A stretch of DNA of 63,837 nt, counting the filler, from Rhabdomonas costata (Eukaryota), in assembly GCA_019059605.1 (NCBI GenBank). It is 58 parts of 58 records of this genome, joined end to end, with 100 filler letters (N's around TTAATTAATTAA, not from the genome) between each part and the next. Parts side by side here need not be neighbours in the genome. Positions count along the whole stretch, not along the records: positions 23,149 to 24,150 come from JAHMHO010034321.1; positions 24,251 to 25,252 come from JAHMHO010034322.1; positions 25,353 to 26,368 come from JAHMHO010034323.1; positions 26,469 to 27,470 come from JAHMHO010034324.1; positions 27,571 to 28,572 come from JAHMHO010034325.1; positions 28,673 to 29,674 come from JAHMHO010034326.1; positions 29,775 to 30,777 come from JAHMHO010034327.1; positions 30,878 to 31,880 come from JAHMHO010034328.1; 50 more parts are not named here. One strand, written 5' to 3'. Numbering within the stretch: position 1 is the stretch's first letter; each line of letters begins with the position of its first letter. The notes below the pieces were generated by a model. It made no database searches. It was given only the letters and a program-made list of their open reading frames with translations, and was not told the origin of the DNA. This document shows, piece after piece, positions 23,873 to 36,411 of the stretch. The position numbers and the translations under genes were made by a program.

Positions 23873-24043
23873 TTGTGCTTTTCGTAATCTTTCGCTTGTG
23901 AGTTGACAATTTCCCTCTCGGCAACTCGCAGCAACCTGAGAGGAGATTTCAGAGAGAATGTATGCAGCTCTCGGAGATCAAAAAACGAGTGGGCCGAGCA
24001 GCTGCGCGCTTTTCCGCTTTTCCCAGCTCCCGGGGGACCACCA
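23873..24043 (+). repeat. Dispersed repeat family B (shared with 18891-18956 and 17004-17043)
   Basis: TTGTGCTTTTCGTAATCTTTC...TTGTGAGT...CTCGCAGCAAC also occurs at 18891. AGCTGCGCGCTTT...CCCAGCTC...GGGGGACCACCA also occurs at 17006. Confidence 0.7.
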
Positions 24044-25696
24044 GAGGTTGAAGCCTGCGCTGCTAATCACACACCCACCCAGGGTGGATCCGGCTTTAGG
24101 GGAAACCGAATCCCGCGCCACTCGTTTCCATTTTCCTCATTCAAAGAGAGNNNNNNNNNNNNNNNNNNNNNNNNNNNNNNNNNNNNNNNNNNNNTTAATT
24201 AATTAANNNNNNNNNNNNNNNNNNNNNNNNNNNNNNNNNNNNNNNNNNNNCTCGTGCCTCTGTAATTTACTGGTTCCTTCTGCAATGTATTGGGGTTGGG
24301 TTCTTTACCGCGCGCTATGCATTGGGTTGTTTTGCTTTGCGCTGCTGAACACCTGACACACCTGCAAAGCTGTGCTTGATCAGTGCAAAATATTGCTTCC
24401 TAAGACATTTCAGTGCAAGAGAGGGGAAAAATTGGCAATTCAGCCGGCTTACGGAGCTGAGGAAACTTAGTTGAGGAAGATACAATAACAGGTGGAACAT
24501 TGTTCGGACACCCCCTTTCCCACCACACACACCCTGCATTGGGAAGGAGCAGCGGGAAAACTCCTCTCCGCCTTGTACCGTGCTGACAAGACGAAGATGT
24601 TCCGAAACGAGCACTGCGCAAGAACGGAAGGTTCGAGCAAAGTTTCCGTGTTTTTTACTGTGACATATACAGTGAGGACAACGCAGCTGTGTGAGCGGCA
24701 AACTTCTTCATAAAAAGCAGCCGGGTGACCTCGCTTAACGGCAAAGCTCTCTCGCTCACGCACACACATTCTCTCTCTTTACTGGAGAAAAGCCGAAGGA
24801 AAACACGGCAGCGAAGAAGGTGAGGGGGGGGGGGGCAGTGAGGAGATAGAAAGTGTTGGGTTGGAGGATACGACAAGTTGGTGCCGGCAGGGAGGGAACA
24901 GGTCAGGCGCTGGGAGGAAAGGGGGCAGTCGGGAGGAGGGATCCATTTTACAATTCACGAATCGCTTTTCTTGGCCATTCCAGAGACGACAGCAAATACT
25001 ACTAGCGATACTACGAGCAAATATAAGCCGAAGAAAAAAGACAAGCTCAGCGAATGTCCAGAATGTTACGATCGCGGAAGGGGCCAATCACAAACAACCA
25101 GGGAAGGGGAGGGCCAAGCCTCAGCCCCACCCGGCAAAAACAAAAGGAATGGCGAGGACATGGGTAAACAACCCAAAACAAACACACACACAGAACGGGA
25201 GATGGGGCGAGGGAGAGGGCAATCGTCGCAGTACACTGAAAACATCGTACCGNNNNNNNNNNNNNNNNNNNNNNNNNNNNNNNNNNNNNNNNNNNNTTAA
25301 TTAATTAANNNNNNNNNNNNNNNNNNNNNNNNNNNNNNNNNNNNNNNNNNNNTGTGTTGGATGAGTTTAGGTGGGAGGTTGGGTATTTCTATGTTTCTGC
25401 CCCCGAGACAGACATAATTTAATAAAGGGGAATAGTCCAGCAGTGTTAATCGAATTAATGCCCCGCACTCCCTCCCCCCAGAACCTGAAGAGAACGACAG
25501 AGCACAACGTAATAATGCTATCGCGCATTACTACCGTTTCTGTGATGAGGCTGAAGCCAACAGAAGGCTACAGAGAAACGTCCGCACGGTCGAGAGAACA
25601 GCATAAGAAAATAGCCACCAAGACTGGATGAATGCAAACTGTTATGCGGTTACAAAGAGCGCACCAGCACATGCCTTGGCGCTGTCCAGGCTGAAC

Positions 25697-26341
25697 CTCA
25701 GGAAGCGAACGTGCATCGTTCCGGAAAGCAAACAGCTCACGACCCTGGAGGAGATCCCACACTCGGACGGTGCAGTCATCAGAGCCTGTCACGGCCCGCA
25801 AGCCTTCCCCTCCGCAGAGGTCTACCGCAAACAGGGGCCTGTGATGGCCTTGCAACACCGCCACTGCCGGCCCACCCATCAAAGGCCATATCCTAGCGGT
25901 GCAGTCCTCGGAAGCCCTGGCAACGAAGGTTTGGCCTTTTGCAGAAGAAGCTGCAACCCCAGTTACCTGTGTGCAAGGCGGAACAGTAAGAATCCTGCAA
26001 CGACCTGCTTCCCATACAACAACGCGTACTACAAAGCGGGGGAAGCGGTAGCGAGCGCATTGACCACCATTTGACAAACGTTTCTTTGGACGAAGCCAAA
26101 CAGAGCATACTATAGCGTACCCAGCCAGTATGGCCTCGATAGGTCACCACGGGCGTCCCACTGAGGGCACCATACAGCACCGCTGTGTTTTAGCTGTCGC
26201 TGACCAGGTGATATCCGTCTGGGCTGAAGCGCAGTTTGAACGCATTGAAGCGCTGGGAGTTCAGCCATAGCAACTGCTCTGCGCAGATGCTCAGCATGGA
26301 CAGCGCCTGTCCGCCGTCCCCCACAATTCCAACGTGGTCCC
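25697..26341 (-). CDS. Spliced WD40-repeat protein fragment with one in-frame TAA (possible pseudogene or sequence error)
   Basis: Exons 26341-26121 and 25966-25697 read FSPDGYHLVSDS*NTAVLY...YRGHTGW|VTGVA...ASEDCTARIW...LQGHHRPLFAV...VTGSDDCTVRVWDL. Confidence 0.85.
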
Positions 26342-27646
26342 CTAAAATTCGCGTCGAAAAACCACCCCNNNNNNNNNNNNNNNNNNNNNNNNNNNNNNNN
26401 NNNNNNNNNNNNTTAATTAATTAANNNNNNNNNNNNNNNNNNNNNNNNNNNNNNNNNNNNNNNNNNNNTGTGGTGTGGTGTACATCGGAGAGGGATTGAC
26501 CTGGATCCATGCTTTCGTGACCGCTGCGCGAGAGTGAACAACAAAGGATAAGCCAAAGAGAGAGGCGGGTGGAGGCTGATTATTGTGGTGAGGAAGGGAG
26601 GGTGCGTGTGTGTATGTGTGCGAACGTCGGAAACGTCAGTTTCTTTGGGGAGGGCATATGCTGCGAAAATGGGATGAGGGGATACGTGTATGCATCCGTG
26701 TGCATCCAGCAATTTACGAATAGAAAAAGGAAGATTAGCAAAAAAAGAAAAACGGACTAAAAAGGTGAGATACTGAAGTGAATAAGGTCAGGTGCGCGGG
26801 TGTACGGGTCCTATAATTCTACTAGAAGACGATGTGATGGGGAACTTTGCCAGTCGCAGATTTTGCATCGGTGACGGATGGCAGGCCGCTGCATGCCGGA
26901 AGAATATGCTGAGGCGGAAACGTGGTAGCGGAAGAAGGAGGGGATGCAATCACGTGTTATCATCACAATGGGTGCAAACGTGATGAATTCCAAACGGTTC
27001 TAAGAGTTCCCAACTTCGCGATGGTCCACACTACTCTTACGAAGACCTAAGTGTGCTTCCAGAGGAGGAAAGCTGCCGCTAACGTGAATCCAGTGAAATC
27101 CAAATATGTGTAAGATAACCCCTCCAATTCCTGCAAGGGGGTGCCGTTAGAAACAAGAAATGACGTGAGGGACCTAAGCAACCCAGGGAGAAGAAGAGGG
27201 CAGCCGAGGGAGAGGCAGTGGCATTGTGGGGGTCAGTCACACTTGTGGGGTGCAACCGCGTTCGCTTGGCGGTGGGGGTGTCTCTGGGGGTAGTACCCCG
27301 GTCTCTGGAGAAGGCCCGCGCCCCGCCAGCCTCTCCAGTGGCGTTCCCAAACGCTGCGAAGAAGAATAAGAAGAAGCTCATCGCCACCATGAACAGCATC
27401 AGGAAGAACGACAACGAAAAGTAAAACCAAGAAATACCGAGCGTAGTGCAAAAGGCGTGACTTCGGGAGCNNNNNNNNNNNNNNNNNNNNNNNNNNNNNN
27501 NNNNNNNNNNNNNNTTAATTAATTAANNNNNNNNNNNNNNNNNNNNNNNNNNNNNNNNNNNNNNNNNNNNTGTGGGGCTTAAAAGTGGGTGCCCTAATGA
27601 GGAGGTTGAAACTTGGAGTGTGCAACGTGTCTTTTTTTTTGTGCAG

Positions 27647-28526
27647 AGGCTCCTCCGCAAGTAAAGCCTGTCATCAGCCGACAGCCTGAGGTCATTGATG
27701 ATTTCATCAGGTCGCGGACAGAGTAATTTTTTTTTTGCTATACCAACGTTTTCGGTGTCTGTGTCAGTTTGTTTTGGTTCGTTCTCTGCAGGAACTTTCT
27801 CGTTAAAGCTGGCCTCAGGCGTACACTCGAGGCGTTCGAGGTTGCTGTTTGTTCTCCTGCAGGCTCAATTCTAACCAGGACGCTTTGATTTACTTCTTTT
27901 TCATTGTTGTCTTTTAACTTTGTCTTTGCAATTGCCAGGCGGAGTGGTACGAACGAAGCATTTCTGGTGGGCCAAAGTCTGGAAACTTGGACAGTACTTT
28001 AGTTCCAGGTTTGCTTCTTGTCATTCAGCTCGAGTTTACATTTCTCACCACCGCACCCTTTTTCGCTTGCCTGTCTTGCAGACCTGTACTTGCAAAATGT
28101 TAGACTTGAAGAACAAGCTGAAACCTTAAGGACGGAGCTGCTGAAGACAAAGGAACTTGCAGAGTGTGTCGATTTTCCATCCTGATTTTCCGTGTCTTGA
28201 TTTTTCCATGTTGTTCGCATGCATATTCGAGTTTTCGATCAGTTTTGGATTTCCGCCGTGATTAAAGGGATGGAAAACCATTTCGATGACTTATTTTGTT
28301 TTCGAAAATTTCCCCATCTTTTGAGCTTCTTCAGAACTCCGAAGGATACGGGATGTGGGCTGTTTATCGGGCTAGCATAATGAGTTTTTTCATCGACTTT
28401 TCGTTTTCGTCGACTTGGTTGCGAAATCGTTACGCCCTCTCAGAAACACCAAGACGGCTTGGGAGAAGCTGAAGAAGGAGAAGAACTACCACAAAATGAG
28501 TCACAACCGCGTTGTTCAAGAGAAGG
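27647..28526 (+). CDS. SPAG16: PF20/SPAG16 central-pair axonemal protein, N-terminal region (5 exons)
   Basis: Exons 27647-27710, 27792-27840, 27939-28008, 28082-28163 and 28444-28526 splice in frame: PEVIDDFIRNFLVKAGLRRTLEAFEAEWYE...VPDLYLQN...WEKLKKEKNYHKMSHNRVVQEK. Confidence 0.9.
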
Positions 28527-29085
28527 GTACGCGCAACCTATGAGTCTTTCTCTTCCTTCTTTTGGTTACCAANNNNNNNNNNNNNNNNNNNNNNNNNNNN
28601 NNNNNNNNNNNNNNNNTTAATTAATTAANNNNNNNNNNNNNNNNNNNNNNNNNNNNNNNNNNNNNNNNNNNNTGTGGGTGGGCCGTCGGCGTGCTGTCGT
28701 ATCGTGTCCGCTGCGGGGGGCAAGAAGGGGCATAAAAGGGATACGAAAGAGTGCAAGGGTAAAAGATCAGATAATTGTGACCCCAAGGACCAGAAACGGA
28801 GCGTTTCGGGAGGCCTGCTGTAAATCCAAAAACAACCCAGAGCTCGGCTTCTCCCATTTTGTTTTGTAGGCTACACCGCAAAGGGAGCGTTTATAACCCC
28901 CGCACATCACATGGTGCTGCACAGTGCTGGGATTCCGTAAGAAAGCAAATCTTCCTTGGTTGGGAGGAAAAGAGGATTTGGCGAGGAGATCATATGGATT
29001 TAAACTTTGTTTTGTGGTGCACTCGCTTCCCATGCTAAGCTTTTTTTTTTTCGTTTTCTATCCGTGTTCCCTCTCCAACCAAAAG

Positions 29086-29295
29086 GCTTCGAAGGGGAAG
29101 TTCCTGGTGGTGGACATCCAGGGGGTCGGCGATGAGACCACCCCTGACGTTTACACCGACCCCCAGATCCACGCCCCGCAGTCCCCCGACGCCTTTGGCA
29201 AGGGCAACCTGGGGCAGGATGGCGTCAACCGCTTCTTTGCCACCCACCGCTGCAACTCCATTTGCATCGGCCTGAAGCTCTCCAGCGTTCAACAG
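29086..29295 (+). CDS. Alpha-kinase (eEF2K/MHCK family) C-terminal exon
   Basis: FLVVDIQGV...YTDPQIH...FGKGNLGQDGVNRFFATHRCNSICIGLKL is the diagnostic alpha-kinase motif set. Confidence 0.93.
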
Positions 29296-32102
29296 GCTCG
29301 TTTTGAGAGCGCATGCTTTGATTTTTTGAGCTCTCAACTTGAAGCATAAGCAGAATCGCCCCTGGCTCCTTTCAACAAGTGATGGTGCTGGGTGCGAATA
29401 CCGTTCCTCAAATAGTACTTTTGGAAGCCTTCCTTTTATATTGCACGCATTACCTCAAAGAGTTCAAATTGGAAAAGTTTGCTTGTATGAGTTTGGGCTT
29501 AGCGAGCGAAACTGTACATTCTTCACTGAAATGAACTTTTTCACGTTTGAAATGACGCGGCGTATCACAAGGCACACCTTAGCCATGATTGAAGTCATTG
29601 TACCGTCTGCCTATTTTTAGTGAATAAAGAAAGGAAGTGGTGGGAAATTAGCGAGCGAAGGATCCCAACCCCCCNNNNNNNNNNNNNNNNNNNNNNNNNN
29701 NNNNNNNNNNNNNNNNNNTTAATTAATTAANNNNNNNNNNNNNNNNNNNNNNNNNNNNNNNNNNNNNNNNNNNNTGTGTGGTGTTGGGGGGTGCGGAACG
29801 GTAGATTTCATCCGGCGGACGTCCCATTACCACGACCAAGCTAACAGATGGACGTTTCCATCAATCACTGGCTGCGCACTGGACTTACTGCGGCCGTAAA
29901 GGCACGGCGGTGGGATATGGGGACATCGGCAAATGAACGACACGCCGAATTTAGGGGGGTGAAGGAAAGAAAGAGTGCTCAAACCCTTAAGTTACATAAA
30001 GAAGATTTCAACACATACACCCACACGCACCTAATTAGAAAGCCGAAACACAAAAAATACCAAATTCCCCTTTGTTCCCTTTTAGCATCGGGATCAGGAA
30101 AAGACGAAAAAGGAAACAACAGAAGGCTCTGCACCACAACGGTTCACAGGGGTCAGGCACAACTAGGCGCAACACACAACCTTCCGACCTTATCTGGGGG
30201 TTCTTCGGCTTCGGGCTTCTTGGGCTTCGTGGTCCGGCTCTTCCTTCTGGGGCCTTCGTCGTAATCACGGCGGCGCCCGCCGGGACCAAGCGAACGGCCC
30301 TTGTCCCTTTGGCTTTCGCCTGGGCTCCTGCGCGTACCAGCCACGGGGGCAACAGGGACGCCCATGTCCCCAGCCCTGGTCCGACAACAATGGGCCCAAC
30401 ATGAATTCGCCACATTGCCGCGGACCAAAGATTGCAGCAAATAGTTTCCAAATGGTCTCCCCGTTTAAATCAAGGGCACTTTTAAGTTGGTCTGCGCCGC
30501 CGCCGCCGTTCAACCTGGAATATCCGACCGCGGCAAAAATCGAAGAAGTAGATGAACGAAAAGAAAAGTTGTCTTGGATCGAAGCCCCTACGACGGAGTC
30601 CTTTGGTCTTCCGATTTGGTCGTTTCAAATTTTAAAAGAGCTGATGGCGCTACCTCCCGATATCCCGTAGACGGTGAAAAACGCCACGCGTAAAAGCAAC
30701 CCGTTTCCTGCCGAGAAAAACCGTTCTGTGCATGAAAAAAGAAATGCTGTTATAGTAAAGTTCGCCCCCCCCACACANNNNNNNNNNNNNNNNNNNNNNN
30801 NNNNNNNNNNNNNNNNNNNNNTTAATTAATTAANNNNNNNNNNNNNNNNNNNNNNNNNNNNNNNNNNNNNNNNNNNNGTGGTTGGGGTGGAGCCAGTGCG
30901 TGCGCAAAATGGGTGGTTGGTGTGAATGAGTGGGTGAAGGTGAGTGATTAGTGTGCCTGAATACCCCCCTGCGGCGGAGTAGAGCCTGCGGGGGTGGTGA
31001 CAGGGTGTATGTATAAATTCAGGTGCGCTTGTAATTGGGTGAGAGGGGGGGGTGGTGGATTTGCCCAGCATGGGCACCCTGGAAAGTAACCCACGCTGTC
31101 CCTCCCACCACACAATGGTGCACGTTTTTCTCTCCGCGATGATGTGCTCAATCCCACCTCCAAGGAACACGCAGAACACATCATAGCACCTGGTATCCGC
31201 CCCGCCTCCCCCCTCCCCGACACAGGCAGATGCCAAGGCAACCGTCGGCACGGAAAAACCACAACGCGCAAGCCACCGCACACAAACGCCCGCAACCAGA
31301 GCACTCGGAACTTTGGGGAGTGAAAAGGCGCCTGCTCAGTTTCACTGAGCCCCACCACACACCCCTCGGGGGGAGGGAACAGTCGCGGAGCGTCCGCCTT
31401 ACGTAAGAGGCGTCAAATGAAATTGTAAGCTATACGTTAAGCACACGACTGTAAAATACGCAGGTGTTGAAATGGATAGACAGACCCCCTGAAGGTGTTC
31501 AGGGAGTGTGTGTAGCCCCATTCCCCGCGGGTCTCAGTGCTTCAGTCCGTTTTCGTAAGTCGAAATTTGTGCACCTGTCCCAAGTCAACAATGATGACCG
31601 TTTTGCCAATCCTTGCGACCGCGGGTTTTGGTGGTTGGTAACCGTCGTTTCGTGTTAGGGGGGTAATTCCTAATATGCCGCGGTCGTGGAGAATCCACGA
31701 GCCTACAGCGCCTGAGTAATTGAACGGCACCCCCCACCGCAAGGCATCATTTCACCATCTGAAGCTCGCCTCTTGCAATCGCTTTCCAACTCCCAGCAGT
31801 CCCAGCAGGATACGAGTGCCCACCCCTCCAAGGTTCCGAGTAACTGGAAACAACCCACTGGTCTCTGAACACCCACACCCNNNNNNNNNNNNNNNNNNNN
31901 NNNNNNNNNNNNNNNNNNNNNNNNTTAATTAATTAANNNNNNNNNNNNNNNNNNNNNNNNNNNNNNNNNNNNNNNNNNNNGTGTTTGTTGCCCTTGTGGT
32001 GCACAAATTTTGTCAGGTTGGTTTGGAATGGGAAGAGTTTCCAATTTTGTTGTTAATGTTAATGGATGCTGCGTTCTCTTTCGGGGGATGTGCCATTCAC
32101 AG

Positions 32103-32297
32103 GTTGCTCGTTCTTTTGCTGTGGGAAAAGCCTTGGCCGAGGCCTGCGAGGCGGAGGATCGCGAGAAGGCGCTGACCATTCTGAGCAGTGAGTACCCAGA
32201 CGTTAGCGTGCGGTCCAGCAAGGCGCTCGCCACTCCTCTTGAGAATGCTATCTTTCATCGATGGACCGACGTCACCAAAGCCCTCCTCGAGGCTAAG
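32103..32297 (+). CDS. Ankyrin-repeat exon
   Basis: AG..GT exon with ALAEACEAEDREKALTILSSEYPDVSV...ATPLENAIFHRWTDVTKALLEAK. Confidence 0.7.
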
Positions 32298-33082
32298 GTG
32301 CAGGCCGCTACCAATCGCTCCTCTCTCCTTCCTCTCTCTCTCTTTATCTCTTTTTGGCCGAGGATAGATGGTTGTAGCGCTTAGGTGTACTCCACTTTGG
32401 GGTGCGCCTTGTGCCTTTCTTTGCCTCAAGAGGCACAGCGCACGTTTCGGGCTCCTCCCCACGGAAGGGAGGATTTTTTGACGCTTTGACGGAGTGGGTT
32501 AGTAAGGGGCTGTGAGAGCGTACGGGCGTGGAAGACGATTTGATAGAGATCGAGCTTTGGCCTCGAGTGGGCATGCGCCAGTGTGTTGAAGTGGTCAGGA
32601 AAGCTTTTTTGATCGCTTTTCGGCTTCTCCGTACAGGTTTTCTGGCCTCGTTAATCTCATTTTAGTGTGTCGCCCGATGTAACTGTCAATTAGTGCACGG
32701 GAAAAGTTCCCTTGCATGTGCTCCTCAGCCTTGTAAAAGAGCTGTATGAACAAAACGGAAGCAGCAGTGCACACTCTACATTACTCTTTCTCTGTTTTTG
32801 ATGTTGTCCGCCCCCCCATTTTTAATTGCCATGCGTAAAAAACACTGGTAAGTTTTGAGAAGGAAAAGTGAAGAAGAAGATTCATTGCAAAAAAAACCCG
32901 TAGAAAACGTCAAAAAGAACAGAGGGTCAACCATGAATGCGGATCAGGTTCCACGACTATTTGCAGGACGGCTTTTGTCAAANNNNNNNNNNNNNNNNNN
33001 NNNNNNNNNNNNNNNNNNNNNNNNNNTTAATTAATTAANNNNNNNNNNNNNNNNNNNNNNNNNNNNNNNNNNNNNNNNNNNN

Positions 33083-33674
33083 GTCTTCCACGGTGGCCCT
33101 CAATTCAGCCTCGGCCTGGGCGTGCCGCTGCCGCTCTTCTTCCAGTGCCGCGGCAGCCTCCCGCATGGCGGCCGCCCCGGCAAGCTTCAGCTGTGCTACC
33201 TTTGGGTTTAGTGAATTGGGGATGTCGCGTGACCGGAAGCAAGGAAAAGAATGGTGCGAATGTCACGCAGGCATTGAGCGAGGGAGAGAGCGCGGATCAC
33301 TTTAAAGGCGTGTAGGAACAGGTCGAATTTTTCGAGTAGTGAAGGTCGCCGTGAAGGTGAGAGCCAAGTCCTTAAGTCAGCTCACAAGGCCTAGATGTAC
33401 ACTGCCCAAAGTTCAGTGGCGTTCCGACAGGTCACCCTATTATTTGGGACACATATCGTGACAAAGTTGACGCTGAATCCACAACAAATGGTTCACCTCT
33501 TGCTCCCAGTCGTACCTCAGCCTGAATCGCGTCCGCCTTCTGTTGGGCGTTCTGCAGCTCTTCCTTGGTGGTGACTGAGCTCCGCTGCAGCTCGGCATGG
33601 GCCTGGCGAAGCTCCTGCAGCTCTGACTCCAACTGGGCTGAGGAGGCACTCGCCGCTTCGGCGGCCTCACCGAG
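33083..33674 (-). CDS. Spliced coiled-coil protein fragment
   Basis: Exons 33674-33516 (LESELQELRQAHAELQR...) and 33199-33083 (VAQLKLAGAAAMREAAAALEEERQRHAQAEAEL) join in frame. Confidence 0.7.
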
Positions 33675-34283
33675 CTGTAGTAACGGAGAAAAGGAGGACA
33701 CCCCTTCACACATATGCTTCGGAAGGAATGTCACGCCGTTTAGCGATACAACCCAAAAAAAAACACGTGACGGACAGTAGCCATTGGGTTTCAGCCTGGG
33801 TGGTTTGTAAGCAAAAGCACTAAACGTCAAAGACTCACTTTACTCACTTTATCTCAGTGAAGATCCGGCCGAAAAAGAGGAGAGCCATCTGCGCAGGAGA
33901 GGGAGGGTTTTGGGATTGCAGCAATAACAAATCGAAAAGATGACATAGAAAGGAGACCGACACAGCCAGCACACACACACACAAACAAACATATCCACAC
34001 ACTTAAGTGCGGTGCCCACACATCCACGCATATCCACACTCCGGTGATAAGCACTCTTTGTGTGGAAAAACCCTTCCCACCACANNNNNNNNNNNNNNNN
34101 NNNNNNNNNNNNNNNNNNNNNNNNNNNNTTAATTAATTAANNNNNNNNNNNNNNNNNNNNNNNNNNNNNNNNNNNNNNNNNNNNCATTCAATTAGTATCT
34201 TTTTCAGGAACCTTCTCAAGTCGAACGTTGTGCTGTCTTTTTCAATGTCTCGCTTCTCGTGTTTCCTATGTCTTTCGCTCCAG

Positions 34284-35021
34284 AGGAGGACACTGTTGAG
34301 TTCTTTGACGAGAGGGGCTTGAGTATGCCCCATTTGCTTTTCTCGCTCATTGGCACCCAATCCCCCGCAAATTCTTTGCTCTGCGCTGGTGTCGACTGTC
34401 GGCAGAGTTTCCTAAGGTCGGTCCGTCTCTCGCTTCCCATATAAGCCCGCTATTGAATTGCTCTGGTAGTGGGTGCCGGCGGAGCTTCTGCAGTCTTTGA
34501 CTCAATTTAGCCTTTAATGTAAGCGATGTGGCGGGCGTGACTCGATGTGGAATTGGTTGCTGGCCTTCATGCTTCAACGATATGATCATTGGGCATGTCT
34601 CCATTCTTTACTGTGTGGCGCAGCGGAGTTCCTGATGAGGCGCACAAACCAGCAGGGACTGCTGCAGAAGTTTGTCATCCCGAAGGGGGATCACAACGGT
34701 TTGTTTTTCTGTTCACTTTTGGGTCGGCTGGTCACAACGTGGAGGTGAGCCTTTGGGTGTATGGGCTTTGTTCATACAGTTGGTTTCAGCCCATTCAACG
34801 GAAATGAAACACGTGAGAACTTGCACCCTTGAACCCCGATAGCGGCATGAAGGATGGCCGTGCCAGATGTTTTTCACATGGGCTTGAGTGTCGCCTTGAA
34901 AGCAGTGGTGGTTCTTTGGGGTGGCCACTGCATTTGCATTCGCAGAGATGATCCAGGCGATTTGGTCCCCACGGCTGTGCATGGTCAACAAGAGGGTGAA
35001 TCGGCACTTTCTCAGCGACAA
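34284..35021 (+). CDS. Conserved uncharacterised protist protein (GLLQKFxxPKGxHN...IWSP motif), 3 exons
   Basis: Exons 34284-34322, 34624-34698 and 34946-35021 splice in frame: VEFFDERGLTEFLMRRTNQQGLLQKFVIPKGDHNEMIQAIWSPRLCMVNKRVNRHFLSDK. Confidence 0.7.
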
Positions 35022-35815
35022 GTCTGCCGTTTGTTTTGCGTCACTTCGTGCGTTGACAGCTCTGCGAGTGTTGCTTAGTATGAATTCCGATCCCCTGGAA
35101 ATTGCTGCCGTCTCTCTTGTATCCCAGTCGCCGGGTCCCCAACCTAGTTGCTGCTGAAGGGTACCTTAAAGTGCGAGTTACCAACCNNNNNNNNNNNNNN
35201 NNNNNNNNNNNNNNNNNNNNNNNNNNNNNNTTAATTAATTAANNNNNNNNNNNNNNNNNNNNNNNNNNNNNNNNNNNNNNNNNNNNGGTGGTGGGTGCCA
35301 CAATAGGGCATTTCCGGAACGCATTCGCTCATGAGAGGTCATTTTTCAAATTGGTGCTACATGGGCGCTGCAATAAGGCAAGTTGTCCTTTTGGTTTTTG
35401 TCGTACCCTGCTCAGCGGTATGCGTCGAGGTGATTATTCCCTTTTGGGGATTTTTCCCTCTTGCAGCTCTTGCCGTGCCTTTTTTGCCGTGCCTTTTTTC
35501 AATGTGAGCGCTTTTCTTTTGCTGTGCGTTGCCGCGCGTGTCGAGCCGCAGGTGGACGAGACGGGCTGAAAAATCATTCTGAGGCTTGGAGGAGCACCGG
35601 AAGTGTGAACTGCGGGGGTGCTTTCCCGGATCCTTTTCGGACGTGCCGCCCTCTTGGGTGCAGCGACGGCACTTGAATGATGGCTCAGTACTCGGAACCA
35701 ACTTTGACGGAGGGCAGCCGCACGCTGTATGAAACCACGGAAATGGGGTTGAGCGCGAAGAACCTCAGGGCCTGTGCCGAGGCCGAGCAAGCCTCCTTCC
35801 GGCTCGCTCCCCCAG

Positions 35816-36026
35816 GACCGTCGCCTGTGCTGGAGGCCTGCCAGGAAAAGCTGAGAAGCGTTGTGGAGAGCCCATGGTACCGCTATGGGGTGCTGTGCGC
35901 CGTGCTGGCCAATGCTTTGATGCTCTGCTGCTTCAACAACACCAATCCAGACAGTGGGCTGCAGCGGGCGATTTACAGCTCGGAGGTGTACTTCACCGCG
36001 ATCTTTGTCGCGGATATTATGGTGAG
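35816..36026 (+). CDS. Voltage-gated cation (Ca/Na-like) channel, S1-S2 exon
   Basis: LRSVVESPWYRYGVLCAVLANALMLC...AIYSSEVYFTAIFVADIMVR matches the S1/S2 pattern (ExxFTxIFxxExxxK/R). Confidence 0.8.
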
Positions 36027-36411
36027 GTTCGTTTCGGGCATGAATATGCATTGAGCGTGGTGTGTCAATTTTGATCGAGGTTGTTTGAGAAAGGGGCCGG
36101 GGGGTCGTAGAGGAGGTCCTGTACAGCAGCGACGACGACGACGACTCCACTACAGCAAGCAACAGCAGCAGCAGCGCAGGCTCCCCAGTCCCCTCCTCCC
36201 CGGGCGCGGGCACCTTCCGGAGCTCCCAGGGCCCAGGGGGTGGGGCTCCGCGGCGCGGCAGCTCCACCCCCGCGCTATCACCCCCACCNNNNNNNNNNNN
36301 NNNNNNNNNNNNNNNNNNNNNNNNNNNNNNNNTTAATTAATTAANNNNNNNNNNNNNNNNNNNNNNNNNNNNNNNNNNNNNNNNNNNNGGTGTTTTGTCG
36401 CGTGTCTTTAG

